Origin: Catajapyx aquilonaris
Taxonomy: Eukaryota
Length of the DNA stretch: 64,000 nt
Assembly: GCA_000934665.2 (NCBI GenBank)
Contig: JYFJ02001761.1
Coordinates: 1 to 64,000 of the forward strand
Reading direction: 5' to 3'
Of the stretch, positions 1 through 12,500 are shown in pieces (within the stretch, counting starts at the first letter, position 1; every line of letters begins with the position of its first letter). A program made the translations under genes and the position numbers. The notes under the pieces are model-generated. The model was given only the letters and a program-made list of their open reading frames with translations. It was not told the origin of the DNA and ran no database searches.

Positions 1-1455
1 CGACAGTCCACGTGCAGGTCCGAGTCACCTTTATCTTGACGGTACGGCGGCTGTTGCTGAGAGCGACGTACCAGCAGGGCTTCCCAGCCCAAATCCGTAC
101 GGCCTCCTCCCGTACCAATTTGAGCCGTATTCAGCCCTGCTTGCCATTGGCGCATCAAATGTTCCTTTCGACACGGAAATGACAAAAAAAAAGTTCGACG
201 ATAACCCTCGTGGCTGACGTCATTGCTGCGGAGCCGACACACTACACAAAATGCACCATCGGTAGCACCGACATCAGGAGCTCCCTGCCCATCCATCCTG
301 CCTGCTTCCAAGTACACTCCGATATGCTCATTCGAAAGGGCTGACTCACACATGTCTTTCGCAAGTGCTAAGAGTTTACACATGACTCACGTTCCTTCCC
401 CGCCCGCAGGTCGCCTTTGTTCTTTGGATCTGCTGGGTAGCAGATGTGGGCCTTTCATAAACAGTCAGGGCCCAGTCTAAACCCTGGCCCAGCCCTGGCC
501 CAGCCCTGACCCGTAAAGTAACAGTGCTGGGGTGAGCAGATTCACTGTCCAGGGTAATAGGTAGCATGCCGCCCACGGAAACCCCCTTCAAAATTGGCGC
601 AAACCCACGACCCGACACCCGTACGGACCAAATATGGCGTGGACCAAAGACGGCTGAGATGTCAGGCAATTTCTGCCAGTCCCGGTTGGCGGCGCGCGCG
701 GAGGGAGCGGACTGGGCCGGGCGGGCAGCTCTTTTGCGCCAGATTCGAATTTCTGAACTTTGACGGCTCGCCCTGGCCTTACAGTTCGTCTCTCAGGAAA
801 ACTGCTTATACGCTTGGAATCAGGATTTTTTGCCCGATTTTTAGAACACAACTTGTATTTTGAGTGGAGTGTCCCTTTAAGAAAGACCTGTTCCACAGAT
901 CTCTACTTTAAACTACTCAAAACTGCAAAACTACTTGTATCATGCATGAATCAGTCAGCTTGTGGAAATTTTTACTACGCATACTAAAATTTTACTTCCT
1001 GAACTTGGTCATTGTTAGGTGCAAGAGCCCAAATCACCCGACCAAGTATGCATATTTGATGCACGCGCGAGGCTGATGCAGATCCAAAAGCATTATGTAA
1101 TTTATGGATGACCCTCCTCACCTGATATTGGCTATTAATTCAATTTTATTTTCAGAGTGATTCGGTACATTCAGAAGACCTCAGTGGTGTTACTGACAAT
1201 TAAACTCTCTTGGATGTTGGTGTCCGTGGGTTGATTTCGGAATCCATGTGAATTTTCATCATATTCAGTGCTTGTTCCTATTTGTTCCACAATTTAGTTT
1301 TTCACAACTGCTGATTAAATACAAGTTCATTATAATGGTTTCCCTTTTATTAGTATACCAGAAGTAAAATTTCATACACATCCCATTATATGCAACTAAA
1401 TTAACCATTAGGTGCCCATACCCAAGGGACATCAAGCTCTTCAGTTGATATGCAC

Positions 1456-3238
1456 TTATAATTTGGATACATTTGGCCTGTTGTGTTTGCAAATCAGTAC
1501 ATGTATATCCATGACATTGGTTCCAGTGTGACCTGTCTTGATCAGGTAGTTTCCACTATTTACAGCCGAGTAGAACCCGTAGGAGTCATTCTTGGCTATG
1601 AATGATTTTGCATCTAGTCCAACCAACTTTGCCTTCTGCACTAGTCCTGGAAAAGCAACGGCACCAGCTGCATCAGTGGGCCCATCATACCCATCTGTTC
1701 CTGCACTGAGTACTACCAGGTCGCAACCGAGGTGGTCCTGGGTCCTTCCATCAAACCTGATTGCACATGCCAATGCAAGCTCCTGGTTACGACCACCTAA
1801 TCCATCGCCTTTTACAGTAACAGTTGTTTCACCACCTAATAACAGGCAAAAATCTTGATTGAAATCAAAATGATCTAGTAAGTCAGGCTGTATTCTCAAC
1901 TGACGCAGGATATTAGGAATATGTGATTGGTCACATGCAGCAGCCAACATTAGATCTGCATACAGGGAACCAATGTTTGATGCTTCACCCTCCACCCTAT
2001 CCGATAATAACACTGGGGTGAAGCCTTGTTGCAATGCCACATGTCCAGCACACTCCAGTGCAGTTCGATTGTTCCCAATGATCATATTTTGCACATGAGG
2101 CAATGTTCTTTGCTCCTGAGGTAAGGACTGCAAGTGCTTGATCACAGCTGATGACGATTCTAGAGAGTATTTGCGCAGTATCTGGAGAGCAGCATCAGGT
2201 GGATCAAGATTTGGTGTGGTTGGACCACTGGCAATTAGATCAAGTGGGTCACCTACAATGTCTGATAAGATGAGGGAGATGAGTGGTGCAGAGCAAAGTT
2301 GTGCAAGGCGCCCGCCTTTCACTTGCGAGAGTTTCTTGCGAAAGGTGTTGAGTTCAGAGATGGTGGCTCCTGAGTTAGACAACAAACGAATCAGACGAGT
2401 TTTCTCCTCCAGTGAAATGCCTGCTGGTGGATACGGAAGTAGTGCTGAACCCCCTCCTGGAAATATACACGTTTTGATGTTTATAAATATAGGCATGCCA
2501 ATGTTAATTGTTAATAAGTCGTAAATAAGTAAAAGGTGTCACAAATACATCATGCCACTGCTATGTCACACTGAGATTACCCCGAGTGGATTACATACAG
2601 ACAAGCTTGACATATTCCATTTTTATTGTGACACTATTCTTTGACACTCTTCCTATATGTAACAATAATGTTCATGAAGAATTTCCCAATTAACTCTTAG
2701 TATTTAATTTTACAACGACTACCTTGCCCACTAAATATCAATCACCTGATATTAAAACGAGGAGGATGTCATCCTTGGTCAGTCCAGACACCAGGTGCAC
2801 TATCCTCTTAGCAGCTTCATGTGCTTTCTCATCTGGGATATTCCCCTTGGCTCCAGTCATAACTTTCACAACGCTGGTGGATCCTAACCCTGCGATGGTC
2901 TCTGCGCCTTCAGGGATGCTCACAACTCCGGAGACCAAGTGCGGCCCAATTATGTCCTCAACCTGTGCCGCCATCCCTCCAACAGCTTTTCCAAACCCGA
3001 CCAGGTAGCAATTGTGCTGCATGCGGTACTCCCTGCTCCCCACTTTGAGCACATCTCCTTCCACCCGCAGAGCCCCCTGGATCATGAACTCTGGTTGGAC
3101 AGACTGCACAGCAGCATCAAACACTGCCCTGGCACCTTTGAAGGCATCTCTCCCACTACCAGCCATGCTAAATCCCCTTCTTCCCGTAGCCATGCAACCA
3201 GACAATATCAGCCACGACCTCAGGTGACTGGAAATCAT
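1456..3238 (-). CDS. GLYCTK: Glycerate kinase (MOFRL/DUF4147 family), 2 coding exons (~3238-2746, ~2457-1456)
   Basis: Motifs VGFGKA, LVLISG|GGSALL (split by a GT-AG intron: atcag|gtgatt ... tttccag|gagggg), LSQVKGGRLA, SDIVGDPLDLIASGPT, GGETTV, GGRNQE, GTDGYDGPTDAAGA and TGHTGTNVMD. The Arg/Ser-rich N-terminus resembles a mitochondrial transit peptide. Confidence 0.95.
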
Positions 3239-3299
3239 CTGTTGATCCTGACTGGCATTAACCCTACAGTAGTATTTACACTCAGATGATCTGCCTGAC

Positions 3300-4260
3300 G
3301 ATGCTGACAGGAACTACCAGTCGTACCAGGCAGTATTTTGCTTCTGATGTAAATAATTCGGGTGTTATTCAGTGTTAAGTCCAAAGGCCATTAACAGCTC
3401 ATTTATCATACGGCGCGGCCATATTTGACACAAGAATACCAACCGAACAATAATTTGATGGGTTTAAAGTACAGGTGCTTATATTTGATGTTCGGTAGTG
3501 TCACAATATAATTAAAATACTGTTTAATGCATTATGCATCAAATGGACTTGTCTGATGATAGTTGAGCGCCACTACACTAGCTATTTATTTCTAAACAGT
3601 TATTTTTGTAACAACAACTGTTTCATTTCAAAATTAGTAGCGGATACAAGCGCGGATATCAGTCGCAAACGTACTCGTGCTGCCACTATGAACGATGCAA
3701 CTGAGTGCTTAGTTGCCTTTCATGTACGCGTAGCTACTTCATCAGGGACAGGCGACAGGTACGCCGCATACCATCCAGGCAACACCTGTTGAATTACATA
3801 ATATTAATAACCGTTAGTAGAACATCCACAAGTAGCCGCTACATTGCGAATAAGCAGCTTGGCTGAATTCAGGCTTACCAACAGTGATAAGCGCCTCCTT
3901 TTTGTGGGCGTAGCCAGACGCAAGATCGCCCGAAAAGATCGCTCACCGCTTGAATAGTTGAATCGGCAGTTGTGAGTTGTGCGGGAAGGAGAGAAGGTTG
4001 TGCCGCTCTTGCCGTCTCCACCCTTCCACCCCTGTGCGTGCTTGCGTACACCCCCCCTTCCACCCCAGATGAGACTCTGACCTCCCCAGCGGGTCACACC
4101 GGACAAAAACACATGGGCGATTGTGCCACCGCCGCGGTTGTTGTGCCCCCCGCGTAGTAGCCCTTCACAAGAAGAGAGGGATCCCAGGAGAGAGCTGGCC
4201 TTCCCGCCGTTGCCATGTCGACGCTGCCCACCACCGGCTGATCATGACAGGTGAGGTTCT
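3300..4260. promoter_or_regulatory. Probable divergent promoter/5'UTR region of GLYCTK and MAP3K1
   Basis: CpG-rich stretch between divergent genes. Minus-strand donor near 3316 (ctg|gtagtt) and plus-strand donor at 4251 (gacag|gtgagg) suggest non-coding first exons. Confidence 0.5.
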
Positions 4261-4723
4261 TCTCACAGGTGTAGTTTTTTTAAGGGGGGGTAGGGAGGGA
4301 AATAAAGGATGGCCGTTATCAAGCCCCTTTTGCGGATGGACGTGGCGACATATACGTCGATGGCGAAACATGGTTGTTGCATACCTGTATGTTGACAAAG
4401 GTCATTACGAGAGACAGTTGCGACATTTCTCCGCAATAATTGTCTTTTCCTCCAGTCCATTTCGGGCAGTTGACCCAGGTGACCCCTGTCAACTAACAAA
4501 AGCCGCCACACCGATCAGGCCTGGCACCGCTCATAAAAATGATAAGCACACAATTGGCAATTCAAATGCAGGGTGCTGCCGTTTAGCAATCCATGGGCGT
4601 GACAGGGGTTGACATTGGTCGGACACTAACTGTAAAGCTTCCATCTGGTAAATATGCAAAAGACATGTTCCTAATTATATTTAAATTTCATTTACTGGGA
4701 GGTGAACGTGGCCAGTTAAAAAA

Positions 4724-4743
4724 ACACACACACACACACACAC
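4724..4743 (+). repeat. (CA)n microsatellite
   Basis: About 10 CA units. Other short microsatellites: (CAT)n at ~57231-57249, (TTA)n at ~54177-54207 and (AACTA)-like at ~33400-33425. Confidence 0.9.
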
Positions 4744-6527
4744 TGGCGAAACAGGTTGTGCGTTGGCGTCAAAGGTGGAGATCCTAATCCTTGGGCCCAC
4801 CGGTTAGGTGGCCATCCCCCTCCATGGAAGAAGAAGTGTCGGCGCCGTGTTGGGCAGCTCCCGGGGCGCCCAAGGCATACAAATGGGTCCTTAGAATCGT
4901 GCAGCAGGGCTCCCCGAGGCCACAGCCATCATTATGCAAGGGGAGTCACCGGCCCCAAAGTGCCTACTTTTTTGTGTGTCCTAATACAAAAAAGGGGGAC
5001 TGCCATTCACACAACGGACCCATTACCTGCAATGTTATACAAGAGTCGCTTTGCGAGGCGGTGGGGCTTCGCACGGCGGTGGGGCCTCGCCCTATTTGAA
5101 AAGTTGAGCGAAGCAGACACAGGCGCCAGGATGGACGGAAGAGACAGCGGACAAGTGATTAGCATAACATATTCCAGGAAAGGGGATACCTTTCCCTTTT
5201 TTTCCACCTTGTACAGGATGTTGCATATTCATCAGTTGGGGGTGGTTGGCAGCACATGTCCGGATGCGGTTTTTGGGACACGTTTGCCACATGTGCCACA
5301 CATGGGACAAAGGATTTTTGCACTGCTTGTGAAATTGTCGTAAACCTGTGTGAAATGTATGTGACCAAGGTGCTGGATTGGCGAGCGATAAATAGTCTGA
5401 GAGAGTATTATAGGCTTTGGGCAGGCCAAGGACGGCAGTGGGTGCCATTGGAGGAGGGCAAAGGTCATCTCGTAAGCAACGAGGACGCGGTCAGGCAAAC
5501 AACATGCGCACCTCCTTATCCGACTCGGGGTTGCACAAAAGCGGCCTTGGTCGTGTACTACACCGTACCCCCAGGAATAAACTTAGGACTTGGGTTTTTT
5601 TTATGGGGGCGAAATATTTTTTTTAAAAAGTTTACGATGTAAAGTTGGCAATTTGTCTATCGGCACGGCCTGGCGATATAGTGTAAATGCACATCTAGGG
5701 GTTATTGACCAGGCAACGTGTCTGGGGCTGTCAAGCTGCTGCCTTGCCTAAGGGTGTCTGGGGGGGTTGTAAATGTTCAGGTGGTGGGGGTCTCATAAGT
5801 TGGAAAAATATACGTGACAATACCAAGGATGAAATGTGATCGTAAAGTTGTCACCGAATTTATGATATTAATTAATATTATGATTTATATGGTTGGCCTT
5901 GGCCTAACACAGTTTTGTAATTGCTGTGCTCCAGTGGGGATGTAATGGCCTAGCTGCGTGGGAGTAATGAGAGATTACTTCTAGGTCATGCTGTGGTTTG
6001 ATAGGCGATGCATCAATTAAAAATTTTAAAGCTTTTTTTTACAGTGAATAACATACTGTCAGGACGTGCGTACCTGAATATCTGTGTGATAAGACCGGAT
6101 ATAAACTTTGTAGTGAGAGGTCATAGTATTTGTGTTAAAATTTTCAGTTGCATGACATGGAGGTTGTGGGGGAATCAGATGTGGCAATAATGAGTTTGAA
6201 TTTGAATAGCACCAAGGTGTTTCACAGAATCAGGTGGTGCACAGAATCAATACAAGTGTGAGAAAATATAGTCACATTTACATAAGTGTGTGTTAATAGA
6301 TTTGTTCAGAATGCCTTCTGGCAATATGTTGATCGAGAGAGAATTTTTTGATCTCATTATGTCGGTTATACAGCAATAATATTCAGGCTGCCATTATCTC
6401 TTTACAGGGCTGGCTGCCAGGTGACAAAGAGGACAGACAGAACAGCAATATTAGGCCAAGGTGGTGGAGTCTGGTGGATGGTATTTTGCTTGAAGTAGGC
6501 TCTTGTCCCCTGTCCCCATGAACCGAC

Positions 6528-9500
6528 ATGGCAGCGGCAATTCAGGAGCCACTGCTACCACCATTGCACGGGGCAGTGTGGACATCTCAGGAGGACCTCA
6601 ACAGTCGAGGTTGGGGTGGTTGTGGCAGCGGCGGAAGTAGGGGCAATGGACAAATGGGCTCGACGGTGGGGTCAGGGGTGGAAGGGGGAAAGGTGCTCGG
6701 TGTGGACAGTGCATTGATCAAATTGGAGCAGGACAAGTTGAAACTGCGGATCAGGAAGAGACCCACTGATGGAGGCGGACCCCGGAAGGGACCCATGGTA
6801 AGTGTGATTAGATTTGTGATATTGTGGTCCGGGTCTTCGAAAGGATAATTTTAGTGGTAAACTGGCTATTCGTAAATGTGTGTTGAATTCACAGATTGAT
6901 TGGCATTGCGGCATGAAATTCAGTTTCTGCATTTTAAAACAGCTATTGTGCAATTTAGCATCTATTATAAGCGATGGTTCATACTGATTTGCCCATTTTT
7001 CTACCTCTGAAATGAATAAAAATGCAATCGTGTCACCATATCTTAGTGACCCATATAGCATTTTGATTGGTTACCCCACAGCCAAATATTAACATTTGAA
7101 ATGTAAGGCACCACTGTAAATTTAACCTCATTTCAAATAACTGGTAAACATGTTCCATGTTCCTATCAAGATAACATCTCAGAAGTAAATTGCAAAGTCA
7201 ACCGCGGTCAACGGTGAAAGACCTGATGACATTATCCACCATTTGAATACTGCTATACTGTATTCTTCACGGCCTTGATCCCATTAATGGGTGGTCAGTG
7301 CTGACCATATGAATACTGTACGTCTAATAATAAAATATCAGGAAATATTATACTGTAATGCATACTGTCTTATAATAATTTTCCTATGGAGATGAGCATG
7401 TGTCGTAAGCTGGCGCCAGAGATCTACAGAAGATGCCAGCATATAGGGACCTGTCTTTGGTTGCAAGAGTGTGTGGGATGCTTTCTTCTCACTCCCCTAT
7501 CTCCTGTTTTTTCCCCCTTCCCAATTTTTTCTCCTCATCAAGGAGCTTTCCCCTTCACTGGCACGTGCAGGAAGGGATGGGGAGAATGATGCCTCCTTGG
7601 GGGATCTTGCAGCAAAAATAGTGGAGCACATTCCTTCAGGGTTGTCACCTATTTGGACAAGTTCAGTATGACTTGGGGAATGCTGCTCCACATCTATGTA
7701 TAGTTGCGTAATCCTTTCGAAGCAGGCGATTTCAGGTCAATCGCTCACCTTTGACCTCACATCCGTGTTGTCCATTTGCTACAATCAGTTTCTTATCAAT
7801 TCGGCAACTAACTCATTGTAGATTAAACTAATTGAGTCTTGTGTGCATTTTTTTTTCTCTCTGATCCACAGCTGGTGAAACACCCATCAACACACCAGCT
7901 CGATGCTGAAACTCCTAACACCGAGGTGCGTAATATGTTTACCTTTCTGATTCTTCTAATGATCATGCCTGTGTGTCGAGTCCCATTTTTGTTGGCTCAG
8001 ATAAACGGGGAGGTGACCCAAATTATTATAAACTAGCAGGATACCCGGCATTGCTGGGGTTACGAAATATTTTGAATCGATCCAGGGTTCCTGTTGTTCT
8101 GCCCTTTCGCCTCCTGCGGCCAAAGATGACCTCGGAGGTCAAGTCCAAATGTGCTAAAAACCTTCCCCGTTAAAAACTACCCCTAATGATCACCCTGGGG
8201 GATACGTCTAGGCCTCCGTATTGATTTGCATCAGGAACAAGGGGACATACGTTGTGACATATGTATAAGATCCATGGAGACTATTAGCTAGGACAAATTA
8301 TGGGAAACAGCATAAAATTTGACGTCAAAATTTCGCTGAATCAATAGGTTGACAGGATTCAGAATGTGACCCTGTCGAGTGTTCCATTACAAGTAATAGG
8401 ACTCCAGGCTACGCAGTAAAACTCGAGCACCATGGGAAATGGTAATAAAAGAGTTCAAAATGACTCCGGACAATAAGTAGTTTGCGGTTTTTTCAGTCAT
8501 CAGCACTGTGGGGGGAGAAAAACAACTAGACTCGTTTCGCCTTTTTGTCCTTATTGCCCTTTTGCGGTTTCATTTCTTTTTTCTCGGGTTACTGCCATTG
8601 TGCGCGCCATTGTGACATTGAGAATCCTTGGGGAGGTTTCATGTTGGACAACTTGAGATGAAAAACGGTGTCATTGGAGGTTTCCAGGGGATTTAGATTA
8701 GACTATCTTGGGGTTGGGGGAGATACCAGGCGGTTTGTGCCTTTGTGGTGGGCGGAATTTACCAAATATTAGTGGTGTCCTTATAAGGCTAGGGTGACCG
8801 TTTGGATGACCTTGCCGTTTTTTTTTTTTTCTGTTCCGTCCCACCCAGAGGACACCGAAGTTCGTGTCCAGAAGGGCGTGCAGGACACCGTCGCCCACCG
8901 AGAGCAGGAGGAGCTCATCGCCGGCCAAGAGGAGCTCTTCGCCTCCGATCACCCGGGGCAGAGGCGGAGGAGGAAGGACAACAAGCCCGGCATCCAGCCA
9001 TGGCCAGCAACCCCAACCGGAGCAGCCATCGTCTAGAAGGCCATCGCCTGCCAGATCGGTCAGCATTTCCCACGCTTTATATTTCCGAACAAATATTTTA
9101 TTCCCACGCTTGTTGCGCGGCACATTATTTGGTATGCAAAGAATCCGGCGGTTTTGGGTCGTGACAGGCTAATGAGAAAGTGTCATCTGCAGATGCGATG
9201 TGGGAAGACTTGGGTTTGGCGGGAGGGAAAAGATCACAAGGCCTACCGGTTTGCGACCAGTTTTCGCGATGGAAGGTTGCCAAAAAAAAAATTTTCTAAG
9301 GCGGACCTGAGATGGCGAATGTGATAGACAGACGGGAACATAAAAGGCCATTGAATAATGAAATAGAAATGTGAAGCAAGGTTGATGAGCATTGAGGCCT
9401 TTTATGGATAGTTGTTGATGTCACGGTACAGTGTTGGACATTAATCGTGTCATACTGCTAGCGACATTTACTGGTGCGGCAGACGTGCACATCGAAGCCG

Positions 9501-12500
9501 TGCGAGTAAGAAATGGTAGCCCTTGGGTGACGTCACTAGCTGGGGGACAAGCCTTTTCGCCATTGCCCCCCAGCCGGTGACGTCACTAAGGGCTACCTCT
9601 TCTTACTCGCACGTCTGCCGCATCGGAAAATGTCGCTAGCAGTATGACGGAATTGATATCCAGCATTGCACGTAACGCGAGCCAAGGACACGTGCAGGGT
9701 GGCACTTATACATGAAGTTCAAGAAAAAGTGCCGACAAAGAGATTCGACAAGGTCGGAAATGTATTGGGTTCATTTGGAAAAATACGTTGGATGAGGTCA
9801 AAGTCCGAAGTGTACCCGTACCGAAAGGCGCAGTGCAAGTAGGGCAAATACAAAGGGACGGCGCAGTAAATCATTGGCACCGATTAGGAACAGCCATTAT
9901 TAAAGTGTGTTCGAGGCACTAACCTGCAAATGGGTTTCCAAGTGCAGATTCTGAGTATGTAAAGTACCGGGTGGAATCGAGCAGAACGGGGTGCAGCAAC
10001 TGAATTGAGCTGGCCGTGATGTGCACTACCAGGGCAACATGCAAAGCAATGCAATCAACTGAGTTGCATACCGAAATGGCAAATTAAATAAGGCAATTAA
10101 TTTTCATAATTTCTCTCAAGACGTGGCTATCAAGCTGAAATTGCATTTTAGCGGCCATCCAGCCCGTCTAGTGGTGGCACTAGGAGGTTGCCGTCGCCTT
10201 CAGGACAGCACCTGGATGCGGCAGCACTGGAGGCACTTCAAAGAAGGATTCGCAGGGCGCAGAGGGCACGCCTCTATTTGCTTCAGCAACCTGGACCCCA
10301 CTCTTTCCTTGTTGGGGGAGATTCTCCTGCACACAAGTACAAGGTCATCGTTGGCCCTCAGGTAAAGAACTGTGAACCTGTATTCAGAGCTTAGTTAAGT
10401 ATGGCTTGCGTTGCATAAGCCGACTTGTTATTGCCTGTACTGTGGGATCAAGTGATAGTTTAATCCGCAGAGATATAGTCCCTGCTTGACCTCCGGTGGA
10501 GTTGTAAAGAAAGTAATATTGCGCGCTGGGATTAATATTATGGAGACCCCTTACTGGGTTGAACTGGGTGTATCAAGAGCAATTTAGGTTTTGTGAAAAA
10601 TTCAAGTATGGGTGTAAATACATCAGGGTGTCATTTTTTAGTGCTTGTTTTAATACATTGGTGGTGGTGAAAGTGTTGCGACCTTGAAGGAGCATGAAGC
10701 AATATAATTGTGAATATCCCATGATATACGGGACTTAAAATACAAGTTGTGACTGTGATGCAGCAGGTGCAAGCTTAACATGATGACTAAATGCAGGCCT
10801 ATAAGATGGACATATTAATCTGCGATCATACTATTTCCCCATAGTAAGTCTGATTTTGAGGAAAATCTTACACATGGGGTAAACAGCCTGCGATATCTTA
10901 AGCCATTTTATCCTCACCAACGACATTTGTGGTAGGCATTGTGATGCAATTGTTACGTTGGCATTACCCTTGACAAGGATATCAGGGAAGAGCATTTATT
11001 TTCCTGGCAACCGTACAGCACAAAGTGCTTTCAACTCCGGTGATATATGACAGCATAAAAAGAAATGCGCCTCACCCCCCAAGTTAATTGACATGCAGCA
11101 GAGAGCAGTCACCTAGCTGCCCATTCAGTTGTATTCCTGATGGATTCTGGTGGGCGTAGAACACTGGGGGAACTACCAGGTTTATTTTTGGCTGCCAGCT
11201 GCATATGAAATGTAGTTGGCTGTCTGGAGCAATTATTTACAACTGGCCATTGTCAATGTGTAAATAGGGTGGTCCTCCTCTTACCATCCCCTTCCTGCCT
11301 TAAGTGGGGTTGATGAGGCGTAGGCTTGATGAACTTGGTCGGAGGAAGGGAAGTACCCCCACAGAGTTGCTCCTTGCCCCACACTGATTTAATTTTGATC
11401 GTTTTAGAGGAGGCATCCTGAAATATTCCACAAGTGTTTGCATGTCGGTTTCATTAGGATGGTGACATGTAACCTCAATGATGGCAGGGTACTCGAAATA
11501 GTGACAAGTGATGCAGTCGTAGTGGGAGTGGAGGGTGCACTTCCTGGGGGTGGGGGGTTGCGGGAATCTTGGGCATTGGAATGCTGAGGGGGAGAGTACT
11601 GCGGGAGTCATTTTAGTCCTGAAGGGTGAAAGGCAGCTGCTCAGTTATGTCTACCTTTGGGAGTGCAGGCAAAAAATGCAGGGTTTGGTAAAGTGTGTGG
11701 AAATAGTTTTGCAATTTTCTCTCTTGCAGACTTGCAGCTGTGGTCGTGGCCCGTCTTGCGTTCATGTCTTGTTCATCATGTTGCGAGTCTTCCAAGTGCC
11801 TGACAATGATCACCTGCTGACGAGCAAGCAACTAAAAAACTTTGAGGTAAGTGTTATGAAATCTTGTGTTTCATTTCAAGAACACTCATTCAGTAAGATT
11901 TTTACCAAGTTCTTGCAAGGGCTTGAACACTCTTGACCAGTTGGATTAAACTGTACGTACATTAATTTGGATTCTTTCCATAGGTTGAATCATTATTTCA
12001 GCAGTACAAAGCAAGGAGATCTTCACGCATATCACAAAAACAGGTTGCCACTCCAGAGCTGGAGAAGGAGGCTGATCAGAAGCTATCTTCAACTTCAGAA
12101 GTAATCTTGGGCAGTTCCAGTTCCCCTCCTGGAGACAAGTAGGCTTGTTTGATTGTTTATTCAAAGGAGTAGTGAAATGGCCATACAAAGTGACTGAAGT
12201 GTTTATTACTCCCTTCAGGTCTTCAGAAGAAGATGTGTGTCCAATTTGCCTCCTGGAAATGGTCGAGGGAGACAGCCTGGTTTCCTGCAAACTTGGGTGC
12301 CATAATAAACTCCACCATCACTGCATATCTGTTTGTAAGTCAAGCAAATTTTTAATATCCATAGAGAGTTGCTGTTATACATTATTTTGCTACCCAATTA
12401 TCCTGATTACTGAATTAGTAATATATTAACTATGCAGCAGCTACAAGTCCTTCAAGTGTAATTTCTTTAAATAAAGTTTGCACAATCATGTACTATTGCT

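Noticed and set aside
4121..5642. Several 100-195 aa ORFs between GLYCTK and MAP3K1
   Set aside because: No recognisable domains or consistent splice chain; typical of GC-rich promoter or first-intron sequence.
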